Shown: positions 20,162-29,806, counted from the first letter of the stretch. The stretch: 64,000 nt of DNA from Bacillota bacterium (GCA_023415795.1 JAEZJG010000010.1:10189-74188); one strand, 5' to 3'. Program-made: numbers and translations. Notes: generated by a model not told the origin, from the letters alone.

Positions 20162-21738
20162 CCCGCTACCTTTTTAAACACGAAGCTGAAGTAGTGGGGG
20201 TCTTTATACCCCACCCCAAAAGCAATCTCGCTGGAACGCTTGTCCGTCTGCCGCAGCATACGCTTCGCCTCGTCTATCCTTCTGCTTGTGAGATATTCCA
20301 CGAAGGTTTGTCCAATCTCCTGGCTGAACATTGCCGAGAAATAGTTCGGACTGATGTTAATCTGCTTGGCCACTCTGTCCAGCGATATGGATTCGTCAGA
20401 ATAATGCTCGTCGATAAAACTGATGGCCTGCGTCGTAAGCTGACTTTGCTGCTTCTTGCTCTCGCTGTCCCTTTGCGAAATCGCCTGTTCCAATATTTCG
20501 CGCGCATACCGGCGTTCATCTTCCGGCGTCGATGCATGGTCATTCAGCCGCAGCACGCTCGACCACGAGCTGTCCAGACTGCAGCCAATCGTTTTCAAAT
20601 ATTCGTCGGCAACGTAGTAGAACGTCAGCGTCAGATATCTGCAAAACAGCGGCAGCACCCTCGCTTCTTCGCCCGCGTTTTGAAATATCTGCTCAATAAA
20701 TCCGTCAATCTCCTCAGCAGAACCGTTGTTCAGGAATATCCTGATGTATTCATGGTCTATAGCCATTTTCTTCAGATCAGGCTTTAGGCTGCTCTTGTTT
20801 TTAAAATTCTTAATGCTTTCTTCCATCAGTATATGCTCGTCCGGGCACAGGTATCGATACGATAGTATACGACTAGCTTCGGCTGCGCAGGCCGGAATGG
20901 CACTGAGCCGCGAAACGGGAGATCCACAGGCTATGTGCCACACAACATCTTGCCCCGCGTTGGCACAGCAATCGCTGATCTGTTTGACGCAGACTGCCGT
21001 GCGATCCTCTATTTCATCTTGTCCGCCCTTTATCAATACAGCGTAAGTCGTCACATTCCAGTTAAACAAAAACTGCATGGAGCTGCTATTGATGAGTTGT
21101 CGGATATTGCCCTGCACCACTGCCAGCGTGTCTGTATAGCTTTCCGGCATGCTTCTGCCGTATCCCGCACTGCTCAGCGAAAAGAGCACGATGTTATAGC
21201 ATGGAGCGTTCACGTCAATGCCCAGCGATTTGGCGATTTCGGTGATCTCGGTAACGCTTAAGCCTCCCGTGACAAGCTGCTCAAAAAACCGCCTGCGCGA
21301 GAACACCTCATATTCTTGCACCTCGCGCTGAAAACGGGCGAGATACTCCTGCTGCTGCTGCTCAGCGTCCATCTTCTTATACAGATCAATCAGTATCTCC
21401 ACCATCTTATCCTTCATGATGGGTTTAAGCAGATACTGGTCTACGCCAAGTCGAATCGCCTGCTGTGCATAGGAAAAATCGTCGTAGCCGCTGATAATAA
21501 CGATCTTGGTTCTCGGAAGCTCCTTACGAACCAGCTCTATCAGCGACAGCCCATCCATAAACGGCATTTTGATATCAGTAATAAGCAGATCAGGTTGAAT
21601 TTGGCGTATCAAAGGTAAAGCAATCTCACCATCCTGTGCATCTCCGGCATAGATATAGCCATGTTGTTCCCACAGAATGTTGTTTCGTATACCTTCTCGT
21701 ACTACGATCTCATCCTCGACAAGAAAGACCTTAAACAT
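20122..21738 (-). CDS. Response regulator with AraC-type HTH output (YesN type)
   Basis: REC domain (MFKVFLVEDE...LLITDIKMPFMDG) and a C-terminal AraC HTH (NYFSAMFSQEIGQTFVEYLTSRRIDEAK...GYKDPHYFSFVFK). Confidence 0.9.
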   Translation of the reverse strand: MFKVFLVEDEIVVREGIRNNILWEQHGYIYAGDAQDGEIALPLIRQIQPDLLITDIKMPFMDGLSLIELVRKELPRTKIVIISGYDDFSYAQQAIRLGVDQYLLKPIMKDKMVEILIDLYKKMDAEQQQQEYLARFQREVQEYEVFSRRRFFEQLVTGGLSVTEITEIAKSLGIDVNAPCYNIVLFSLSSAGYGRSMPESYTDTLAVVQGNIRQLINSSSMQFLFNWNVTTYAVLIKGGQDEIEDRTAVCVKQISDCCANAGQDVVWHIACGSPVSRLSAIPACAAEASRILSYRYLCPDEHILMEESIKNFKNKSSLKPDLKKMAIDHEYIRIFLNNGSAEEIDGFIEQIFQNAGEEARVLPLFCRYLTLTFYYVADEYLKTIGCSLDSSWSSVLRLNDHASTPEDERRYAREILEQAISQRDSESKKQQSQLTTQAISFIDEHYSDESISLDRVAKQINISPNYFSAMFSQEIGQTFVEYLTSRRIDEAKRMLRQTDKRSSEIAFGVGYKDPHYFSFVFKKVAGCTPSEYRRGVKL

Positions 21739-22048
21739 GCTGATCTTCCCTTCTATTTAGATGTATTGTTACAAATGACAGAGAGCCCCCGGATATTATG
21801 CATCAAGGTTGCAATTTCAACAATAGAATTTCTTGTGATATTAGTTTGTTTTTCTACGTACTGCCAGTTTGCTTATGCAAAACAGCCCGAAGCAAGCTCA
21901 AATCAACTCATTAACTGCATAGAATAATGATTTGCTTTGTATAATCTATAATACAGACTAGGTGCCGCTGCTGCAAATACCTTTCAGTTTTTATTGTCAT
22001 ATCATGGTTAGAGTGATACAATTGAAATAAAGGACGGTGTTGGAATCA

Positions 22049-22405
22049 ATGGCTGTAGAAATCGGTAAAAAGATTCGGAAAAAGCGCAAAGATCTTGGCC
22101 TCACCCAGGTCGAGCTGTCAAGCAGAGCCGGAATCACACAATCAACATTATCCTACATTGAAAAAGACATGAAGCGTCCCCAATTCGACACTATATTTGC
22201 AATATGCCAGGTATTGGGCATCTCAGTTCTGGAATTGCTCACCCTTGACGAGACACCGCGCGACAAGCAGCACTTCGAGGAAACCTTTGCAGTTTACCAC
22301 TCCTGCGCTAAAAGCGAGGCTCTTGGCAACAAAGCTGTTCGTTTTCAAAGCTTCGACAAGTACTTATACGATCTATATATATCTCAAACCAGCTCTTTTG
22401 GTTAA
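22049..22405 (+). CDS. XRE-family HTH transcriptional regulator
   Basis: HTH LGLTQVELSSRAGITQSTLSYIEKD. I prefer ATG 22049 over the alternative start at 22037 in the ORF track. Confidence 0.75.
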   Translation: MAVEIGKKIRKKRKDLGLTQVELSSRAGITQSTLSYIEKDMKRPQFDTIFAICQVLGISVLELLTLDETPRDKQHFEETFAVYHSCAKSEALGNKAVRFQSFDKYLYDLYISQTSSFG

Positions 22406-22451
22406 GCCCATGTGACCCATCGCAATGCGATGAACGAGGCAAGGTGGCCGA

Positions 22452-23285
22452 ATGAAAATCTATACACTAGTAGAAGACAGCAAATCCAAAGGTTCAGGGT
22501 TTATTGCCGAACATGGTTTGTCCCTATACTTTGAGCATAAGGGGCATAACATACTGTTCGACACCGGCGCGTCAGACACCTTTGTCTACAACGCCACACT
22601 GCTGGGGATTGACCTGCTCAAGGTGGACATCTGTGTTATCTCTCACGCTCATGACGACCACACCGGTGGGCTGGCCCACTTTCTAGAGCTCAACAAGCAT
22701 GCCAAGGTATATCTTAAACGCGCCGCGCAGGGAGATTTTTACGTTAGAAACGTGATGAAGCTGGAGTATGCCGGTATGGATAAGGCGCTCTTCGAAAGGC
22801 ATGCCGAGCGCTTCGAATTCTTGGATGAAGACACAGAAATCGTGGAAGATGTTTTCGCGGTCAGTGTCAATAAACATCGTCGGCCGCCGCAATATGCATC
22901 ACTGATGTACGAAAAACGTGAGGATGTACTGTTGCGTGATGATCTGTCACAGGAGTTGTTCATCGTGATCCGCCGCAAGAGCGGCAACGCTGTGCTCACC
23001 GGCTGCTCGCACAACGGTCTGCTCAATATACTGATGACGGCAGAGGAAAAGCTGGGTCCTGTATCAGCAGTGGTGGGAGGCTTCCATTTAAGCGGTACCC
23101 GGCGCATGGGCATTCAAGCCTATCAGGAGCCCAGCAGCGAAGTTCACGCCATCATTCGCTATATCAACAATAATCACATTAAGCGGGTCTACTCTGGTCA
23201 CTGCACGGGCGAGAAGGTTCTTGAGCGAATGGAGCTGCTGGCGCGTGTGAAAAGAATGCAATCAGGAGACATATTGGAAATCTGA
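22452..23285 (+). CDS. MBL-fold metallo-hydrolase
   Basis: HxHxDH motif (ISHAHDDHTGG). 277 aa. Confidence 0.8.
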   Translation: MKIYTLVEDSKSKGSGFIAEHGLSLYFEHKGHNILFDTGASDTFVYNATLLGIDLLKVDICVISHAHDDHTGGLAHFLELNKHAKVYLKRAAQGDFYVRNVMKLEYAGMDKALFERHAERFEFLDEDTEIVEDVFAVSVNKHRRPPQYASLMYEKREDVLLRDDLSQELFIVIRRKSGNAVLTGCSHNGLLNILMTAEEKLGPVSAVVGGFHLSGTRRMGIQAYQEPSSEVHAIIRYINNNHIKRVYSGHCTGEKVLERMELLARVKRMQSGDILEI

Positions 23286-23287
23286 CG

Positions 23288-23560
23288 ATGGATAATTCAA
23301 GAGAGCAAATAGCAGACATCATAAACGACATGCATTTTGAGCGCAAGGCACCCGTATCCCGCGCCAGAAAGGCACAATATGCTGCTTTAGAATCGGGCAT
23401 AGCCGATGCGCTTAAGGAGCTGAACCGGCTGCACCTGCGCCTTTGGCACGCAGTTTCCCAGCGAGATTACCACAGCCTGTCCCCCGATGAGGTCATTCAA
23501 GCGTTGGACGACATTCAAAAGCATCTGAGCACTCTATCCAGTCAATTAAAAGAAACTTAA
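23288..23560 (+). CDS. Hypothetical small helical protein, translationally coupled to the MBL-fold gene
   Basis: 90-aa ORF starting 2 nt after the MBL gene stop. No recognisable motif. Confidence 0.45.
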   Translation: MDNSREQIADIINDMHFERKAPVSRARKAQYAALESGIADALKELNRLHLRLWHAVSQRDYHSLSPDEVIQALDDIQKHLSTLSSQLKET

Positions 23561-23585
23561 AATCGCCGCATTCTGCCGCAAAACA

Positions 23586-23614
23586 AACCCTCGGTCCAAA
23601 ATGAACCAAGGGTT
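23586..23614. terminator. Bidirectional terminator between the small ORF and the cupin gene
   Basis: AACCCTCGGT / ACCAAGGGTT stem with one mismatch, flanked by an A-rich and a T-rich run. Confidence 0.5.
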
Positions 23615-23649
23615 ATTGTGTTTGATAAACTATTAAATATACTGTCTGA

Positions 23650-24000
23650 TTAGTCTTGTACGATAACGGCAACAATTTTTAGCGTCTCGTCGTTTTCGTT
23701 GGCAACCGAGTGGAACGCGCCGCCGCCGCATATGCTGGCGTCACCCGTGCGGAACGGTCGAATGGTTCCGTTATCGTTCAGTATACCCTCGCCCTCCACC
23801 ACGTAATAGATCTCAGTCTCTGTCGCGTGTTCGTGTCGTCCCACACTGCACCCCTTCTCCAGGCACAGCAGAGAAAACAGGCGGCACTTTCCGGGCAGCG
23901 CGTCTTTGGGAATCAGGTGAACAAAATCCGTTATGCCCATGCCGTCTCTCGCACGCTCGCGAGATTCCACTTCCATCTCATCAGCTCTGAAAAACATCAC
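23650..24000 (-). CDS. Cupin domain protein
   Basis: 116 aa. GRHEHATETEIYYVVEGEG ... GGGAFHSV is a two-motif cupin pattern. Confidence 0.75.
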   Translation of the reverse strand: MMFFRADEMEVESRERARDGMGITDFVHLIPKDALPGKCRLFSLLCLEKGCSVGRHEHATETEIYYVVEGEGILNDNGTIRPFRTGDASICGGGAFHSVANENDETLKIVAVIVQD

Positions 24001-24035
24001 TTGCTCCTCTTCCCCGTTTAATACGCGACAATCGG

Positions 24036-25307
24036 TCAGTTTTCCACTCGTATCATATTAGCAATAGCCACTACCTCAGGTAGGTGCGATATCTCATCCA
24101 CCGCACGTTTGACAGAAATCTCCTTTGCCTTGTGCGTCACGAATATCAGAGGTACATTATCGCCGTTTTGCCCTTTTTGCATTACAGTGTTCACACTCAC
24201 ATTATGCCGCCCCAGCACGCCCGCAATCTTGGCAAGCACCCCGGGCGCATCCTTCACAATAGTCCGCAGAAAGAACTCACTCTCCCAGTTGTTTTCAAAG
24301 GACAGCTCCGACGACACCGTATCCTCGTTATAAAACGTGGTGTAACGGTGCTCCACGCGGCTGGCGGCATACACAATGTCAGACACCACCGCGCTCGCCG
24401 TGGGCATGTCGCCTGCGCCGCGCCCATACAGCATGATATCGTCCACGATGTTGCCGTGCAGATAGATAGCGTTGAACGCACCGCGCACAGACGCCAGTGG
24501 ATGTGTCTTGGGGATCATCGTGGGATGCACGCGCGCTTCAATTGTTTTGCCGCGCTTCTTGCCGATGGCCAGCAGCTTAACCGCATACCCCAACTCGCTG
24601 GCATAGGCGATATCCTCCTGCGTGATACCGACGATACCTTCGCGATAGATGTACTCCACGGGCACCCTGGCATGGAACGACATCGAGCCCAGTATCGACA
24701 GCTTGTACATTGCGTCAAAGCCTTCCACATCGTTCTTCGGATTCGCCTCCGCAAAGCCCAATTGCTGCGCTTCCTTGAGCACCGCGTCGTAGCTTGCGCC
24801 GTCCTGCTCCATCTTGGACAGTATATAGTTGGTGGTGCCGTTGATGATGCCCATCACCGACGTCACCTCATTGGCCTGAAGGCTCTCCCATATAGTGCGC
24901 AGTATCGGAATACCGCCGCCCACGCTGGCCTCGAAATACAGCCCGGCGCCGCTCTTCTTCGCCGCAGCGTTAAGCTCTGGCCAAAACCGCGCGAGCATCT
25001 CTTTGTTTGCCGTCACCACTGTCTTGCCCGCGTCCAGCGCTGCCAGCACAAAGTCCTTCGCAGGGTTCACGCCGCCGATCAGCTCAATCACAACATCGAT
25101 GTCAGGATCCTGTGCGATGTCCTTATAGAAGTCCTTCGCCTTCAGCTCCTCCGGAATGTCAATTGAGTACTGGAGTGCCAGCACCTTCTTGAGATTCAGC
25201 GATATGCCTTCCTTGTGCTTGATGCTTTCTTTCTGCATCGCGATCGTCTTGTACACGCCCGATCCGACCGTGCCCAGACCAATCAGCGCGATGTTAACGT
25301 TCTTCAT
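24036..25307 (-). CDS. hom: Homoserine dehydrogenase (with C-terminal ACT domain)
   Basis: 423 aa. The N-terminal IALIGLGTVGSGV Rossmann motif and the overall sequence are typical of Hom. Confidence 0.9.
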   Translation of the reverse strand: MKNVNIALIGLGTVGSGVYKTIAMQKESIKHKEGISLNLKKVLALQYSIDIPEELKAKDFYKDIAQDPDIDVVIELIGGVNPAKDFVLAALDAGKTVVTANKEMLARFWPELNAAAKKSGAGLYFEASVGGGIPILRTIWESLQANEVTSVMGIINGTTNYILSKMEQDGASYDAVLKEAQQLGFAEANPKNDVEGFDAMYKLSILGSMSFHARVPVEYIYREGIVGITQEDIAYASELGYAVKLLAIGKKRGKTIEARVHPTMIPKTHPLASVRGAFNAIYLHGNIVDDIMLYGRGAGDMPTASAVVSDIVYAASRVEHRYTTFYNEDTVSSELSFENNWESEFFLRTIVKDAPGVLAKIAGVLGRHNVSVNTVMQKGQNGDNVPLIFVTHKAKEISVKRAVDEISHLPEVVAIANMIRVEN

Positions 25308-26095
25308 TTGTCTCCCTCTATTCTCTGCCTCTTGGCATTCTTATGATATAATATGTTCAGCCCCATTAATGTTAACAGACTATTGACCTCGTCAATTTCC
25401 GGCGTCTCCTGCGCAATCACATTGGCCATGCCACCCGTTGCGATCACCCGCGGGCTGTCTCCCATTTCAGCCTTGATGCGGCGGATGATATATTCCACCT
25501 GGCCAACATACCCGTAGATGATGCCCGCCTGCATGCCGGCGATTGTGTTTTTCCCGATCACAGACTCAGGCTTCACCAGCTCCACCCGCGGCAGCTTGGC
25601 CGCCCCAGACGACAACGCCTCCGCAGAAATCTTGATACCGGGGCAAATCGCACCGCCCAGAAAATCGCCGCTGCCCGTCACCGCGCCAAAGGTGGTTGCC
25701 GTACCAAAGTCTACGATGATGCACGGAGAATTGTACAGCGTATACGCCGCCACAGCGCCAGCAATGCGGTCCGTCCCAAGCTCTCTCGGGTGGTCGTACA
25801 GTATGTTGATGCCCGTTTTCATGCCGGGCCCCACCACGGAAGCTTTCTTGCCAAAATACGTGGCGCACATATGCTGTAGCGTAAAATTTATGGACGGAAT
25901 GACAGACGAGATAATGATGCCCTGCACCTCATCCGGACGCCGCCCAACATGATCAAAGAAAGATATGATGCGGATACCGTATTCATCCGCCGTACGCTCC
26001 AGCTTCGTCGTCATGCGCCACGAATTGACCAGCTTGTCTCCGCTGAACAGACCGCACTTGATATTGCTGTTGCCCACATCCAATACAAATACCAT
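25304..26095 (-). CDS. coaX: Type III pantothenate kinase
   Basis: 263 aa. VLDVGNSNIK N-terminus and a DRIAGAVAA segment. 4-nt overlap with hom. Confidence 0.9.
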   Translation of the reverse strand: MVFVLDVGNSNIKCGLFSGDKLVNSWRMTTKLERTADEYGIRIISFFDHVGRRPDEVQGIIISSVIPSINFTLQHMCATYFGKKASVVGPGMKTGINILYDHPRELGTDRIAGAVAAYTLYNSPCIIVDFGTATTFGAVTGSGDFLGGAICPGIKISAEALSSGAAKLPRVELVKPESVIGKNTIAGMQAGIIYGYVGQVEYIIRRIKAEMGDSPRVIATGGMANVIAQETPEIDEVNSLLTLMGLNILYHKNAKRQRIEGDK

Positions 26096-26107
26096 TTATA
26101 ACTCCAT

Positions 26108-26734
26108 TTAGGCCAGCTTTTTTTTGCCCTTCTGCCGTTGCAGCGCCCACACAATGGGCACACACAGCAGCACCGCCAGCGCCGCTTCAGGCAGTCCGTT
26201 TATCGCGCCAATGCCGGCAAGCACCCCCGCAAACGTTTCGGGTGTTGCTTCAAATGCCGCCGCCAGTGTATCCATCTCCGGCATAAAAATCACATAGAGC
26301 AATCCCAGAAACAACACGGTATTGGTGATCGATCCAATGAATGCCGCTGCCCCTGTCGCAACTCTTTTCCGCGCCTTCGTTTCGCCGGAGAACGCCTTGT
26401 ATATAAGCCAAGTGGTCACGGGAATCAGCAGCCTTGGAATGAATATAACAAGCAGCGTCTTGACAACGCTGATTTGCAGCAAGAATGTGCCCAACGGCGA
26501 GGGCACCAGCGTTATACCCAACGCTTGAAACAAACTGGTGACACCGAATGCAAACCCGATCCACAGCCCCGTTCCCAGCCCCTCCAGCACCGTGCCAATG
26601 ATAACCGGCAGGCACAGTATGGTCATACTAACGGGTGGGATGGGGATATACCCGACCGGGGTCAGACCCAGCAGGAACGTGATCGCCATCAGCATGGCCG
26701 TAACAGCCAGCTTCCTCGTTTTATCCTTATTCAT
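26108..26734 (-). CDS. ECF-transporter S component; pantothenate specificity (PanT) inferred only from coaX adjacency
   Basis: 208-aa ORF with six TM helices and an S-component-like pattern (IPIPPVSMTILCLPVIIGTVLEG..G...GFAFG). Confidence 0.6.
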   Translation of the reverse strand: MNKDKTRKLAVTAMLMAITFLLGLTPVGYIPIPPVSMTILCLPVIIGTVLEGLGTGLWIGFAFGVTSLFQALGITLVPSPLGTFLLQISVVKTLLVIFIPRLLIPVTTWLIYKAFSGETKARKRVATGAAAFIGSITNTVLFLGLLYVIFMPEMDTLAAAFEATPETFAGVLAGIGAINGLPEAALAVLLCVPIVWALQRQKGKKKLA

Positions 26735-26851
26735 TTTTACCTCCGTTCAGGTTCCGCGAGGCGGATACCCGACATTGTTAATATTTCGGTTTTCTTTATG
26801 CTGTGTAGCGCTGCGCATCGTCATACACTCACAGACAAAAACCTAATGTGT

Positions 26852-26880
26852 ATTATATCAATTTTGCAAGTCACACGCAA
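26852..26880 (-). promoter_or_regulatory. Promoter of the ECF-S/coaX/hom operon
   Basis: Minus strand: TTGCGT, 17-nt spacer, TGaTATAAT (extended -10). Confidence 0.45.
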
Positions 26881-26912
26881 TAACAATTCAAATATCCCAT
26901 TCTACCCGCATT

Positions 26913-26957
26913 GTTAACAAAAAAGGGCAGCGGCGCATAAATACGCGCGCTGCCCTT
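26913..26957 (-). terminator. Intrinsic terminator after secDF
   Basis: Minus strand: AAGGGCAGCG ... CGCTGCCCTT 10-bp stem followed by TTTTTGTT. Confidence 0.8.
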
Positions 26958-26974
26958 CTCTAAAAAACGCTTGC

Positions 26975-27928
26975 TTAGTCTCCCGCGGGCGACAGCTGCT
27001 CCGCACCGCCGCGCTTCTTCCACATCACCCAAAGCGGTCCCGCAATGCAGATGGTGGAATAGCAGCCCGATACCACGCCGAACATCATCGGCAGCGCAAA
27101 CCGCCGTATCGATTCGATATTGTATATCTGCGCAAATATGAACACGATGACCATGCACGCCAGCACTGCGATGTTGGTGTTGATGGACCGCGACATCGAT
27201 TGTGTGATGCTTATATCCACCAGCTCGTCCACTGGGCATTTTGTACCCAATAGCTTCTCGTTCTCACGAATACGGTCGTAGATTACGATGGTATCGTTGA
27301 TGGAGAAGCCGATGATGGTAAGTATCGCCGCGATAAACGAATCATTGAGCGGTATGCCGAACACGATGAAGGCTGCCGTTACCACAAACGCATCGTGCAG
27401 CAGTGCCACAATCGCCATTACACCTGCGGATACACCGCCGATGTTGCGGAACCGCAGACCCACATACCCCAGTATCAGCACAAACGACAGAGCGATGGCC
27501 AGCAGACCATTTCGGAAGAAGCGCACACCCACAAACGGCTCCACCGTCAGCGATTCGGACAGCTCCAGCTTGTTATCGGCAAAAGTCTTGTTCAACGCCT
27601 CCGTTACCGCCTGCTGTTGTTCGCCGGACAACGCCTCGTTCTTCGCAAGGCTTAGTATCAGCAGCTGTTCCTGCTTGGCAAGGTTGCTTTGCAGTTGTCC
27701 GTTCGTGTTGATGCCCACCGTGCTCTCCACGATATCCTCCGCCTGCTCCGCGTCCAACTCGCCTGAGTATGTATACTTGAGTATCGAGCCTCCCTGAAAC
27801 TGTATATCCAATTGGATACCCTTAGTCAGCGCGAAGGCAATGCCAACAATGATAACCACCAACGAAATGGCAAAGTAGACGAACCTGCGCTTATAGAACT
27901 GAATGATCCTTCCTTGCTTGGTTTTCAT
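26975..27928 (-). CDS. secF: Protein translocase subunit SecF
   Basis: 317 aa with a SecF-like sequence. 4-nt overlap with secD. Confidence 0.9.
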   Translation of the reverse strand: MKTKQGRIIQFYKRRFVYFAISLVVIIVGIAFALTKGIQLDIQFQGGSILKYTYSGELDAEQAEDIVESTVGINTNGQLQSNLAKQEQLLILSLAKNEALSGEQQQAVTEALNKTFADNKLELSESLTVEPFVGVRFFRNGLLAIALSFVLILGYVGLRFRNIGGVSAGVMAIVALLHDAFVVTAAFIVFGIPLNDSFIAAILTIIGFSINDTIVIYDRIRENEKLLGTKCPVDELVDISITQSMSRSINTNIAVLACMVIVFIFAQIYNIESIRRFALPMMFGVVSGCYSTICIAGPLWVMWKKRGGAEQLSPAGD

Positions 27929-29190
27929 GCTTTCACCGCCTTTCTGACGCCAAAGAAGCCGGGCTTTCGCAGCGGCTCATACATACTGAGCGAGCGTATC
28001 ATCAGCCGCGATGCCGTTATACCCGCCACAAAGTTCATGATAACGCCGGTCAACAGCGTATAACCGAACGACAGCATCGAGCCGGAGCCCAATATAATCA
28101 GCACAACCGCAACGATGATCACGGTGATATTGCCGTCAAATACCGATGAGAACGCCTTGTGGAAGCCCGCGTCGATGGCCAGCCGCAGCTGTTTGCCCTC
28201 TCGCAGCTCTTCCTTGATGCGCTCAGAAACGATTACGTTTGCGTCCACGCCCATACCGATGGAGAGAATCACGCCCGCGATACCGGGCAGCGTCAGCGTA
28301 AACTGCGGCACCGACAATGACAGCAGCTGACCGCTAATTTGCAGCATCAGCGCGATGCACGCCACCAAGCCGGGCAGACGATAATACACCAGCATAAACA
28401 GACACACCGCCGCAAATGCCGCGACGCTTGCCATCACCATCACAGAAAGCGCGTCTTCACCCATCTCCGGGCTGATGATGGAACAGTTTTTAACCGTCAG
28501 TGAAAAGGGCAATGCGCCCGAGTTGATCTTGTTTGCCAGCGACATGGCTTCCTCGCCGCTGTCCAAATTGGTGATAATGGCCTCTCCGCCCGAAATCTGC
28601 GATTCAACAGTGGGCGCGGAAATCAGCAGCTCGTCCATATATATCGCGATGGGCTGACCGATCAGCCTTCCTGTGGCTTCAGAAAACTTCTTGGCTCCCT
28701 CAGCAGAGAGCACCAGTTCCACCACCGGCGCGCCGGAGTTCTCCATCACCTTGGCCGCGCTGCTCGCCACATCCGTCCCCTCAATGACGATGTTACCGTC
28801 GGGGTCACGGAACGTCAGCTTTGCCGTTTCGCCCAGCTCCGTCACCGCCTGCTGTGGGTCAAAGTCCGCTTCGCCCGATTTCCAAGGAAACCGGACCAGA
28901 ATAGTACCGCGAGTCTTATCGATGGCCACATCCCGATCCGTAATGTTGCTCGCGTCCATGCGCGTCTCAATAATGGCTTTCGCTGCTTCCAGCTCAGTTT
29001 CCGTGGGCATACGATCCAAATTTTTCGGCTCAAACGTGGCGTCCACGCCGCCCCGTATGTCTATGCCAAAGCGCATCTGTCCCGCGCCCTTCACTTCAAA
29101 GCCGCCTGCCTTAAAGCCCAGCAACGCCACCGCGAATAACCCGAAGGTAATCAGCGCGACGATAAAAAACGTCGCTTTTGATCTTTTCAA
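27925..29190 (-). CDS. secD: Protein translocase subunit SecD
   Basis: SecD-like sequence. Start set at TTG 29190 (LKRSKATFF...), 7 nt behind AGGAGG; the ORF-track extension to 29274 has no RBS. Confidence 0.85.
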   Translation of the reverse strand: MKRSKATFFIVALITFGLFAVALLGFKAGGFEVKGAGQMRFGIDIRGGVDATFEPKNLDRMPTETELEAAKAIIETRMDASNITDRDVAIDKTRGTILVRFPWKSGEADFDPQQAVTELGETAKLTFRDPDGNIVIEGTDVASSAAKVMENSGAPVVELVLSAEGAKKFSEATGRLIGQPIAIYMDELLISAPTVESQISGGEAIITNLDSGEEAMSLANKINSGALPFSLTVKNCSIISPEMGEDALSVMVMASVAAFAAVCLFMLVYYRLPGLVACIALMLQISGQLLSLSVPQFTLTLPGIAGVILSIGMGVDANVIVSERIKEELREGKQLRLAIDAGFHKAFSSVFDGNITVIIVAVVLIILGSGSMLSFGYTLLTGVIMNFVAGITASRLMIRSLSMYEPLRKPGFFGVRKAVKA

Positions 29191-29334
29191 TTTCAATCCT
29201 CCTGTTCCTGCCTGCCCCCATTTTATTATGTGTAGAGACAGGTAAAATAGCATGCAGTAATCAGCATTTAACACATACGCATTAAATGCCGCAAATTCTG
29301 CGCGATCGCGCAGGACAAAAATAGGGTTGTTACA

Positions 29335-29706
29335 CTACTTCATGCCGTCTTTTTTGTGAATATATGAAATGATGCCGCAAAAGTCAAAGGATAGGTTGAA
29401 CGCGGCGAAGAGCTTGAGAGAGAGTACGACAAACGTCAGCAAAACAGCGCCAGCCACCGTGACGGCAAATAAACCCGCCTTAAACTGCTGGCTTCGCAGC
29501 CAGTCCGATCCTGAACGAATGGACTGTGCGGTTCCGCCGGTTTCCACACAATCAGAGTTGGTCCTAGAAGCACTCATCGAAGAAACCGGCTCTTCATACA
29601 GCCGGGCTTCCAGAGTCTGCTGTCCCGCCTCTATAAATCCGGCTGTCAGCCAAACGACGACCAGCAAACACAGCAACAGCAGCGTTTTTCGTTTTCTGTT
29701 TACCAT
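29335..29706 (-). CDS. Hypothetical membrane protein (two TM helices)
   Basis: 123-aa ORF with hydrophobic N- and C-terminal segments. No recognised motif. Confidence 0.4.
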   Translation of the reverse strand: MVNRKRKTLLLLCLLVVVWLTAGFIEAGQQTLEARLYEEPVSSMSASRTNSDCVETGGTAQSIRSGSDWLRSQQFKAGLFAVTVAGAVLLTFVVLSLKLFAAFNLSFDFCGIISYIHKKDGMK

Positions 29707-29806
29707 GTCCGCTCACCCCTCGCCTGTTAATATATCTGCCTTGATAACTGAATTGTTTTATTATAATTACACTCAGTGAAAAAGTCAAAGATACCCAAGC
29801 GTTGTG

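Noticed and set aside
24084-25166. Long ORFs antisense to well-supported genes. Examples: 24084-25166 opposite hom, 29804-30919 opposite rarA, 42121-43023 and 43531-44250 opposite nrdD, 44045-44866 opposite nrdG, 45448-46398 opposite rbsK, 49136-49855 opposite glyQS, 51645-52334 opposite the GGDEF gene, 55565-56413 opposite the ABC-F gene, 57465-58163 opposite thyX, 62598-63949 opposite the rSAM and tatD genes.
   Set aside because: Their translations are Arg/His/Gln/Ala-rich and low-complexity, with no recognisable motifs. They lie in the GC-rich part of the window opposite genes with clear family signatures. This is the typical shadow-ORF artefact of high-GC coding DNA.
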